DNA of 55,499 bases, counting the filler, from Dimargaris cristalligena (lineage: Eukaryota), in the NCBI GenBank assembly GCA_003614675.1. It is 4 parts of 4 records of this genome, joined end to end, with 100 filler letters (N's around TTAATTAATTAA, not from the genome) between each part and the next. Parts side by side here need not be neighbours in the genome. Positions count along the whole stretch, not along the records: positions 27,848 to 41,633 come from ML002978.1; positions 41,734 to 55,499 come from ML002979.1; 2 more parts are not named here. One strand, written 5' to 3'. A program made the translations under genes and the position numbers. The notes under the pieces are model-generated. The model was not told the DNA's origin, did not search any database, and saw only the letters and a program-made list of their open reading frames with translations. Within the stretch, counting starts at the first letter, position 1, and each line of letters opens with the position of its first letter. This document shows positions 35,758 to 46,230 of the stretch, in pieces.

Positions 35758-37794
35758 ATGGACACGGTTCCCATTGTCGACTCCCTGGACCAGATTTACA
35801 CCGACGGTCTTCTGGACCAGGCCCAGCGCTATGACCAACTTGCCCAGGGCTTCGAGGCCCTCTACGGCCAGCCTCCCGCCCTGATTGCCCGCGCCCCGGG
35901 ACGGGTCAACCTCATTGGGGAGCACGTTGACTACTGCGGTTTCCCGGTCTTCCCCATGGCTATTGAGCGGGACTGTCTAATTGCCGTGGCCTGGGAACCA
36001 GCCTCCGGTTCACCTCCCCCCGCCTCAAGGCCAACGACCCTCTTCGCCACCGCAGCGGAATCAACCGACAAACCAGCTGAGGCAAGAACAACAACGACAA
36101 CGACAACAACTGTCCGACTATCCCATGTGCACAGTGACCAATATCCGGCGTGCGTCTTTACCCACCCTAGTCCCGCGGAGCTCGCCCGGCACCCCGGGGT
36201 ACCAGCAGTAGTGGACATTAGCGCGAACCGGTTGACTTGGAGTAACTACTTTAAATGCGGCTACCGCGGTGCCCACGAATTAATGGCGCAGACCGCTGCG
36301 GAGCTACCAGCATCAGCTGCGAAGCCCCCTTATCTCTCCAGCCACCACCATCCCAGTGGTCTCAACTGCCTCATGAACGGCAATATTCCCACGGGTGCAG
36401 GCCTATCCAGCTCATCCGCTTTTGTGTCATGTGCGGCCATCGCCACGATGGCCGCCCACGAACTGCTACCGCTGACCAGCGGCAACGCCAACCCCTCTCC
36501 TCCTGCTTATACTATTACCACCCCACCCTCGGCCTCCGTGCAACGAAATTTGGACCGAACCCGTTTAACCGAAATTGCCATTTCCAGCGAACGGTACGTC
36601 GGCGTCAACAGCGGTGGAATGGACCAAACCTGCAGTATCATGTCCCAGCCTAACTCCGCCTCCTTCATTGAGTTCTACCCCCGGCTCCGTGCAACCCCGG
36701 TAGCGGTCCCCCGGGTCCAACCGGCCCTCACGTTCGTCATTGCTAATTCGGGGGTCACCAGCGATAAACTGGTCACCGCCCCCGTGTGCTATAACTTACG
36801 CGTGGTGGAAACCCGGCTCGGTGCTCTTTTGTTGGCCCGCTATTTGGGTATCGACCAACGCCCCGCCCTAGCACAGGCACCCCCGAACAACCGCCATTTC
36901 AAACTCGTTATGGATGAGTTTTTCGAGGCTCAGAGGGAAGTGGCCGCAACAGTGGCGGCGGCAGAGAAGATAGGCGACGAAGGGCCTGCGCCACCGTGGA
37001 CGGATCTACTAACAAAATATCCCGCCGCCATGAATCCGAATCCACGCCTGGACCCAAACTCGGCCGAGACCAGCCACTGGATCGCCCGCCTCAATATCAT
37101 GCTCGAAATTTGCCGAACCCACCCCGTATTCGACAGGCCGTCCACCACCACCACCACCACTGCCACTGCTACTACTACATCACCATCCCAATCACTTCGT
37201 GAGACGGGCTGGACCCGCACCCAAATAAGCCAAGTCTTAGACACGCCGTGGCCGCAACTCGAACGTCAGATCGAAGTAGACCGTTTCCCCATCCACGCCG
37301 AAGTCTTCCACGTCTACCGCCGGGCCCACCACGTCTTCTCCGAAGCCCTCCGGGTCGTTCAATTTCGCCAAATTTGTCAACAGTTCCTATCCCCCGAACC
37401 GAACCCAATCTCGCGCACTACTCAAACTGACCCTCCGACCAATCGTAGGGCCCCGTTAAGTGCCACAGCAGTGGACCATTTGTTCCAAAAGCTAGGTCAA
37501 CTCATGAATGACAGCCAAACGAGTTGCCGGGATTGGTTCGATTGTAGCTGTCCCGAACTCGACGAACTCACCTATATTTGTCGTGCGGCCGGGGCGGTAG
37601 GCTCCCGCTTGACCGGGGCTGGGTGGGGGGGTTGTACTGTGTCCCTCGTACCGTCCGATCGGGTGGACCATTTTTTGCGGACAGTGCATCGGGAATATTA
37701 CCAGGTTCGGAACCCCGCACTGGGGGATGAGCCCAATCAATCGGATCTATTTGCCACCCAGCCCGGTCGTGGGGCCGTCATTTACCGAGTCTAG
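35758..37794 (+). CDS. GAL1: Galactokinase (GHMP kinase, Gal1/GALK2-type), 678 aa, intronless
   Basis: Motifs RAPGRVNLIGEHVDY, PTGAGLSSSSA, ERYVGVNSGGMDQ, YNLRVVE, RAHHVFSEALRV, CSCPELD and GSRLTGAGWGGCTVSLV. Confidence 0.93.
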   Translation: MDTVPIVDSLDQIYTDGLLDQAQRYDQLAQGFEALYGQPPALIARAPGRVNLIGEHVDYCGFPVFPMAIERDCLIAVAWEPASGSPPPASRPTTLFATAAESTDKPAEARTTTTTTTTVRLSHVHSDQYPACVFTHPSPAELARHPGVPAVVDISANRLTWSNYFKCGYRGAHELMAQTAAELPASAAKPPYLSSHHHPSGLNCLMNGNIPTGAGLSSSSAFVSCAAIATMAAHELLPLTSGNANPSPPAYTITTPPSASVQRNLDRTRLTEIAISSERYVGVNSGGMDQTCSIMSQPNSASFIEFYPRLRATPVAVPRVQPALTFVIANSGVTSDKLVTAPVCYNLRVVETRLGALLLARYLGIDQRPALAQAPPNNRHFKLVMDEFFEAQREVAATVAAAEKIGDEGPAPPWTDLLTKYPAAMNPNPRLDPNSAETSHWIARLNIMLEICRTHPVFDRPSTTTTTTATATTTSPSQSLRETGWTRTQISQVLDTPWPQLERQIEVDRFPIHAEVFHVYRRAHHVFSEALRVVQFRQICQQFLSPEPNPISRTTQTDPPTNRRAPLSATAVDHLFQKLGQLMNDSQTSCRDWFDCSCPELDELTYICRAAGAVGSRLTGAGWGGCTVSLVPSDRVDHFLRTVHREYYQVRNPALGDEPNQSDLFATQPGRGAVIYRV

Positions 37795-38283
37795 AGAAAC
37801 AAATGAACGCCGGTATAGTCCGAGGGAGAGGAATGTATGGTGCGAGAGGAGCCCTTAATTATATATTGGTGGTTCATAATCCCTATAGTATACTCCGTAT
37901 ATTTGCCCTTAGTCAATTATAATATAAGCCCTTTTTGAAAAGCTACCAACTATATGGAATTATATCATAGCCCAATAATATCAAATCCGGTAGACTAGCT
38001 ACGTATTAGGACTACCGATGACTCTAATTTATTCCTTCGGATGTTTAAACGCGTTTCTCTGACTACATCACAATGATAATGCAGCGAAATTCCCATAAAA
38101 ATAGTGTAATGTACAAAACTGGTGATGTGTTAAAATCCAAAATGGCAAAAACAAATCGCCTGTCAGCTGTTATAGAATTCTTGAAATGACAGTTAATAAA
38201 TATATATATATGTATATGTATAGGGAGAGAGTAAGAGAACGAACCTCCACAAAAACATTGGCCATCTACCCCATCTAATTATT

Positions 38284-40763
38284 TCAGATATTTTGCCATT
38301 GTTTTCCACACCGGACAATCAATGTATGGAATGCCTCGTCCCGACGTAATACATTACTAAACGATACGGTCTGTTTGTTAGTGAGTTTTACGTGGAGACC
38401 GGGCGATTTATACACCAGCAGGTTAATGCTTTGCGCCTTGCGGACTCCGGTAACCCAATCGAGGGGAATGGGATCGCTCGCAGCGCCTCCGCCGAGGGCC
38501 CGGGATTTACGAAAGAACAGCTCGTGCGGGGTGATAACCAGGTAGCCGGGTACGCCGCGATGCATGCAGCGAAACTCCAGGGAGCCGGAGGCCGGCTCAT
38601 GAGCCGAGGGGTAGAGAAGAGGCGCATTACCAGCCGGATCGCCAGGGTTACCCTCCACCTCCCGGTCGACGGCTACACTGCTGTCCACCCGGTTCCGTCG
38701 TTGCATAACGGAAGGAATATCGTTGGATGAGGCTAGTGAGCCCATGGAGGATGAATCCGAGGCTGAACAAAAGGGGAGGCTAGTAGGTAGGGATGGGTCT
38801 GGAACCACATTTGCCGGTATCATCGACGGCACTAATGAGGTAACGGTGGCGGCTCTGCTCCAGGATGGGGCACCCGCCCGATTAAATGATAGAGGATTAT
38901 TCCGTAATCCGTAATTCTGGTCCAATGTATCCAACGATCGGGAAGGACACCGGTATAGTGGCGTACTTTCCTCGGAGAAATCGGAGCCCCTCGTTATGAC
39001 CAACTGCGGTGGGGCGGTTGGTTGATCAGTAGGATCGACCACACTTATACGCGAGTGATTATGAGACAAGGCCCGGATTTTGCGGGCCCCCTGTTGAACC
39101 TTATGCTTCATTTTACGAAAGGGGCTGAGTGGGCTTTCAGTATCTCTGGAACACTGGTCTAAATCGAGGGCGGTGGTACCATCGTTTGGTAGGGAGATGA
39201 GGTTATCAGGGAAATCGGAGCAACCCGGTCCAGTCGAATGGGACCGAATGATAGGTTGACGGACCGATGAATCCGACTGGTTGCGTCGATGGAGGGGTCC
39301 GAATTGGACGGGAAGGCGAATGGCTGACACGTGGGGGGAAGGGGAGGGTATCGGGGGAGGAAGACCCCGATCCGAGGCAGTCGTGGGCTTTACTATACTG
39401 CTTCCTTCGGATGGTCCCCAGGCCATACTCCGCGGTACAGGGGTCTCGAGGGGGATATCAGGTTTTAGTTGCTGCTGGCCACTCGAAGTGCGGTGGACCG
39501 GGATCTCGGCCGCGCGGAGTTGGCGCATGGCCAAGGTCGCATCATCGGGTACGGGCCAAACGTGCCAGTTCAGAACCGAAAACAGCCGGCGGTAGCGGGG
39601 GTAGCGCACTCGTAGACGGAACAGTAAGAAAAATTCGAGGCCTACACAAAAACCGGCGTATTTGGCCAAAAATTGGAGCGATAGGCAGAGCGAGGCTAGA
39701 ATGTAGAATATAAGTACTCCGACCACGAACAGGCTAGCCCGTGGGTCCCGCCATTTCACGGCGTTGCGAACTTTCTCCAGGATTTCCGTTCGGTCTTTCA
39801 TTTCGCGGTGGACCACATAGCCCATACGAGTGCGCCACAGTTCCCATAGCTCGGAGATGAGTTTCGTTCGGCTGCGTTTGCTGGCTTTACCCATATCCTT
39901 AGTGGTTTCCTTTGGATTGACAGTGATGCCACTGGATGTCCGAGTGGGTAGTCCGCGCCAACGTGGGGCTGGCGAAGGTTCGGCGATGGGGTCGTGCATC
40001 GGCGAATTGAACCCCCAGTCTAAGTTGGGGTCGAGCCGGTGGCGAATCATTACGAACAGTAGGAAACCCATGACGACCGGGAGTAGTAAGCCGTAGTAGA
40101 GACAAAACCAATAAATCTAGCGGATGGGTGGTATCGCAGGGAGGGGGGGGAGTTGAAGGGAGGAGGCGTAGGGATAGGAAATGATATATATTCGAGCCAA
40201 TTAGGGCAATTCAGGGGCGGTTTAGTACGTGAGAATAACTCTATAAGGTGAGAGCAATCTCAATCAATATAACCCCTATACTGACGCAATATCGTTAAAA
40301 AGGAATAATAACATGGTCGGCTAGTATGTAGAGTAGTCTTTGCCCAAGCGACTGGGAGGGAGACTGCGGTGAATTATAGGGATAAGGGAATGGATGTATT
40401 ACTTACCACAAAGTAGAAGGCGGTCTCGTAAAAGTAAGTCCAGGTGGCGATGCGGAATAACCAGGACCCGAATCGCTGGTACGGCTCGGCCACCTCACTC
40501 AGCCGGTCGACGGAGGTCAAGAACTGGGACAGGTGAAATTCGCTAGACGGCTCCTCCAAGTCAATCTTATCCCCGGCGTAGAAATGGGACCATTGGCGGA
40601 ACAGGGCGGCCAAAAAGGCCCAGTAATCGAAGTGGCCCCGCTCGGTGACGAACTGGTTGGGGTCGAAATCGGGGTCGGGCGGGGCGCGGGCGCGGACCTC
40701 GGAGACTTGGGCATGGAGTCGGCGGTAGTGGAGGGTATTGGAGGGGACTGCTGGGGCACTCAT
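38284..40763 (-). CDS. Membrane protein with hydrophobic hairpin segments and a C-terminal GRAM/PH-like domain (GRAMD4-like); exons 40763-40407 and 40116-38284, ~729 aa
   Basis: A phase-0 GTAAGT...CTAG intron joins the two ORFs. Hydrophobic blocks are W..FYETAFYFVIYWFCLYYGLLLP and EKVRNAVKWRDPRAS+TM. The C-terminal FRCMHRGVPGYLVITPHELFF...IPLDWVTGVRK...FSNVLRRDEAF resembles GRAM. Confidence 0.72.
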
Positions 40764-41633
40764 TCACACCGACCGGTTCCAAAGGCGAGTATATGGGTGT
40801 GAAGGAGGGTGATGGTGGGTAGACACACGGTGTAGGGCTTGACTGGGCAATTAAGGTCACTGGGATGGAGAAGACCAAGAAAGAGACGAAAGGGAAGAAG
40901 AATACGAAGACACCTTAATGATACAGCAGGGTCGGAGTAAAGAGGCAAGGCCCCGGAGAACAAAAGCGAACAAGAGCAAAAGAGGCGGAGTGGCACATGG
41001 GGGGGGTGTGCGCGGTATATATATTTATAGTTATAGAGACTGAGGGGACTTAAAACCCAATGAGTTATAGTGGATTGTTTAGGGCATATAGTGCCTACTT
41101 GGATGGAATAGAGCCAACATGGGGGTGTGGGTTCTCCTCTCCTCTCTTCTCTTTAGAAAAGGAGTGGTCTGGCTATACGGTGGGTATTATATATAAGAAT
41201 CGCTATTGAATGAGCAGGGGCGGCTAAAGAAGACAGTCTGGTACGGTAATGCCGGAGGGGGGGCACTCGAGGAGCCTACATACATTTAATACAAAAGGAC
41301 ATTCAAGCGGGCGGCACCTCTGTATTAAAAAAAGGGGGGGAGATGCCGATAATTAAAGGGGACGAGTAGAGAGTGCTGAGTGGTCACTATCGAGGTTGAA
41401 CAAGACGCCTAGTGCAACAGCAACTAACGCAGGGATTGGGAAACCTACCAAGGCGACTATCACAAGCCGGAATACATCCGATTAACTTAACTAGGCGACT
41501 GTCCATAGCCAATGTGGCCTTGGACAAGAAGAGAGCACCATCACGCTTGGGGTCCCCAAAATACGCAAAGGCCTAAAGCCGCACCCCATTGCCTTCTTGG
41601 ACACCATGGGCCGCAAGCACCGACCTGCGTATG

Positions 41634-41733
41634 NNNNNNNNNNNNNNNNNNNNNNNNNNNNNNNNNNNNNNNNNNNNTTAATTAATTAANNNNNNNNNNN
41701 NNNNNNNNNNNNNNNNNNNNNNNNNNNNNNNNN
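41634..41733. other. Artificial contig spacer
   Basis: N44-TTAATTAATTAA-N44. Confidence 0.97.
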
Positions 41734-42394
41734 ATAATCCGAGATTGATAATAAAGCTTAAGTCAAAATTAGATAAAAGAAGGAAAGAACCGCAAGGAGA
41801 TGATTAAGCTCTCCGCGATAGTTTTATTAGGGAAAATCTGACCAATAGGAGGCCAGTAAGCATGTACCGCATCGGGAAGAATATTCCACACTCGGGATGA
41901 AATGGTTTTCTAACAATAAGTACATTATTAATAGTTAGATAGCTAATCTCTTTACATGGAGAACATCTGGACACCAGCCTACAACTTCCATGTAAACTGC
42001 TGTTGGGATTAGGGAGCAATAATGGGTACTTACTGTTGTGACTAGCCACGAATCCCCTTGATGACTATAGATCCGGGAAGCTATAGTGAATAGACGAGAT
42101 TAAAAAATAGGGGGGAAATGTAGGAATAGGATTAGGATCATGGTGGTGGCATTTATTTGACATGTACTTATCAACAAAATATCATTATAGTGAAAGGCAC
42201 AAAAAATGAGCAAATGGCACCAGTTGAAGATAGTAGAAATAAGTCCTTGGGCTACAATCATTCATCAGCAATGTTAATATTGTGTAGGCTACCATTAGTA
42301 AAGGTCAAATATTGGCAGATGTAGAACCTGACTACCCCACATAAGCATGTAATAACCTATCCATAAAGCAATAATACAGAATAACCAAGCTAGG

Positions 42395-42975
42395 TGTTGG
42401 CCCTCCTAATCTGACTTAATCCAGACCTAATAATTGCCAGTCCTTATTAGGCCTTATAGTGCCCTATTAACCTTCCCATTGTCACCCCTGGTACTATGGG
42501 CCATCATTTATTATATATTCCCACTCATTCCAACCCCAACTCTTTGCACTACAAACACTCAACTTATGGATCCAAGACTCTTCCCATTCTCATAAGAGTC
42601 TTCCCAATGTGAAGCCATCTGGTTGGATTGATTACTTATCCACACCTTAGTCATAATAGTATTTCCCTTAGGACCTCCCTCTGGAGCTATCCCTATATAT
42701 ATATAACCAGGCCCCACTGGGACTGGTTCAATTCCTTAGCTTATTCATATCCCCTAGTTTACTCTAATAAACTCTATATATGCTCACTCCCTCATACTGA
42801 CCAGTAAGTGTGCCCACTTCATGTCCCTTGCATTTACCTGCACTTGTTCTTTATTAGTTATTATTGTACCCCATCTTAATACTAGCAGGCCACTTGGCCG
42901 AGTCTAAGTCTGCTTACCATTAGAAGCCTACCCTCAGTACTCTTGACAGACTAAGAGTGGTTAACCCAGGCAACA
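42395..42975. mobile_element. LTR, copy B (581 bp) with intact TGTTG...CAACA termini
   Basis: Canonical TG..CA 5-bp inverted termini. TATATATAA (~42697) is followed by AATAAA (~42766). Colinear with copies A, C and D. No matching TSD (CTAGG vs GGCAA). Confidence 0.8.
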
Positions 42976-43342
42976 GGCAATAATATTATATTTGAATAAT
43001 TCTAATTGCATTGGCATAATAAAGCAGATAAATTACTGGCTGCTTGTCCTGTTGGAAAAGTTAAGTGTATCTCAATGATATATACCTAAGTTAAATAATT
43101 GACCAACCATTGGCCATATCACACAAAATATTAGGAACTGTGATAGATCCTGTTGCTTCAAAAAATTTGCCAATGAAATGCTGATCTCATCCACCCCACA
43201 AGTTAAATTCAGCTTCCCCAGTAATTTGCACCAGTGGATTTTAATGTATCTGGTGAAACCAATGTACTATTCAGTTGATTAAAAAATATTGGGGTATTAT
43301 TCACAAGGATTGGAACTGCAGTAGTAAGTTACTGACATTTGC

Positions 43343-43600
43343 TACAAAAATATTGCAATAGTGGTTACTATTGAGAGGGCTGGCTCTGGTGAGACTTTTG
43401 CTCCTATCATAAAGTACCCACTAAATTGGTCATGGTGTGGACTAGGCATTTGGCATCAGACTAATAATAAATGATCCATATTGTAAACCACGTGTTTAGT
43501 ACATCTGTACTTCAAGCTGCCAGGATACCAGTTGGTGGATACTAACAGCATATGCTTGCATTAGAAACATAGATTATTCTATTTGGAAAAGTAGGCCACG
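43343..43600 (+). pseudogene. Heavily decayed Ty1/copia reverse-transcriptase remnant
   Basis: Fragments in the expected order: YK..GYY*EG..ETFAPIIKY..WHQTNNK*SIL..LYFKLPGY..ICLH*KHRLFYLEK*A. Compare copia YKARLVA.G..Q.G.DY.ETFAPV / HQMDVKTAFL / IYM.QP.G / VCLL.KSLYGLKQA. Many stops. Confidence 0.6.
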
Positions 43601-46230
43601 GTGCTTTAAAACTAAGACTTTATTATAATCTGATATAAAAAGGTGGGCAGTGGGGTTTCTATGGAATTCGACAGTAGATATGTTAGGAATATGGTGCAAT
43701 TTGACCCCCAGGTTGTTAAGGTACCTAATACACCAAGAAGCCCAACTGGCCTAGGGGAAGTGAAGGGTTGGAGTTTTTATTTGGGGTGAGGGGGTGCTAC
43801 ATTACAATGTGGGTGACAGTATAATGATGACTATCACCGTGAAGAGCATATGGGGAAACTGTTGATGGGCCCAAACCTTAATTGTGGCTGATATCAATAG
43901 TGCTGGCCAATTGCGTGGCAGTCTAGGAGATAAATTGATCTGTGGAGGGTGTGACCACACGCTGGCTAGGGCTATTCAATGAAGTATCCAGTACAAGCAA
44001 GGTTATACTCATTGGGTTTGAAGAGATTAAAATATGAGGAGAGAAGACAGGTTGGTGCTGAAAGGTCAGCAGAAAAGCGGTCCTGGAAAACTAGTAAAGT
44101 TGTAGTCTGACACATGGGTTGTAGGAGGTCCACCTATTGCCCTTGGGGATAACTCATTGTTGCTATACTGCAGTATCACTCATTTCCGTGATACAAATAA
44201 TTTTTTAATCTATTATTTGATTGTTAATAGGTTACAGACAAGGTAGTAAGAAAAATACAGCATAAACATATATTAGTAAATATTATCAGTCTATCCAGGG
44301 ATAAAATTTTGATAGGAAGGAAATAGCCAAGTCAACAGAATGGAAAGTGGCTGTTACAGCTTCTTTGAAATTATGAGCCTCTATCCCATTACCAACATTG
44401 ATGATGGCTTTACAAGATGAAAAAGTGAAATTACCAAGTAAATCCCTGTAATACAGTGAACTGGGTGTCCCCAAAGTATATATAAGCAGCCTTCCATCCA
44501 GCTAATACAAAAGATAATAACAATATATGAACACATATTAATATATACGAGTGGCATGACTTACCTTTTTGAAAAGCCATTTGATGGGCTTTATTGGTGC
44601 TCTAGGGTTGGCAACAGGGTAGTCCCTGTGTACCTGGTTCTTGTTTGATTTATTTTGGTGCATGGAAAAGGGCATGATATCCATATAAAATTTCTGTCAA
44701 GAGATTGTTTGTAAACCATAGTAGGTGGGCAAGTGGTTGCTTTTATAGCCACTGGCTCCATACTACACCCATTGGTTTAAAGAGTATCACAGACTGGATA
44801 TAAGTGATACTATACCAAATGTCACCAAATGGTCTTATGATGAGGCTGAGGTGACCAAGCAGTCATATGAACCACATATTTTTTAGTATTCATTATTAAA
44901 CAAAGGCCAATTCATTGTGTTTGAAGACCGGGGATTTAAACTGGAAGCACCCACTGCAGAATAGAAGGTGAGCATTGTTTATGGGATGGAAGGGCTGTGG
45001 CACCCTTGATCACCCAAGGCCATTTGGCAAGTGATTGTCCCACTCCCTATGAATGTAATGGAACACATGCTTCCTTTGGTTTTGGAAGCCAAGTCACCGG
45101 AAAGGGGCATAAGGCAGAAGTGTCAGTAAATTCCATATAGTTCCCAATTGTAGCCAGTTTGGCATTGTCTATCTGCATCTGCCAATATCATTATATGCAG
45201 TTTTTTGACTTGGTTACATTGTGCATACCACCTTTGCAATATTCCTGTGAGTCCCAGGTTTGGGATTACACCTATTCCAAAAGAATGGCAGCCAATTCAT
45301 TAGGCAAGTGTTATTTCTTCCATTTGTTCCAGCAATCCTTCATGTCGGTACACTACTACCTGTTCATGCAGTGGGTGGTAGTAGTGATGTTTTCCTGCCC
45401 TACCTTCACTGACTTGTATGAATTATTCTAAAATTGACATTCCCTATTACTGTGATAGATAATCATACTATCCATAACATTGTTTGGAAGTCGGGGGACT
45501 GCCAGCTGCAAGTATATACAGTCCAAGAGGAACCTAGGTTAGCAACCAAGTGGCATTGGCCCCAGTACAGGGAATAGTTATGAGATGGCAGATGTAGGAA
45601 CTAAAAAAAGCAATAATACTAGATTATTGATTAGAACACCAAATAATAAAACATGGACTAGTTGGAGCATTATTACCTATATTGTGACCAATAATCTATG
45701 AGGCATGTGGTCGGCTGTCAATAGTTGTTATCTTTTTCTTATTGGAAGGGGTAGGCTTGGGTTCTAGTGAGTACTTAACCATTAACAGCTGTGTCAGCTT
45801 TGTCATGAGATCAGCTGGCTTATTTCATCATTGATCATTTTACCATACGTTGCCCAAAGACCAATAATTACTATAGTGGACCACCCAGACGAGTTGCCTT
45901 AGCTTAGCTCGGTTTGTTGACCAGATGTGCGGGGCGGTCAGTCCTAGGGTTGAATTCTGCTTTCTGCATTTCCACTGACTTTTCTGCCAACATACCTTCA
46001 CTTCCGTATTATATATAATTTTTCCAGTCTATCTCAGCCGCTTTTGTACTACTTGTCCATTACATTGTCTATTGTAAAGGACATTCATCTCCAACCCGTC
46101 TCATCTGCAACTGTTCCATTTCTTTCTATTTTCCCACCTCGTTCTACTCTCCACCTCCTTTTACACCCACTCACTATTAATTATTATATATCCCGTTGTT
46201 TGAAAGCCGGCATTCACTGGCCCAGGCCAT

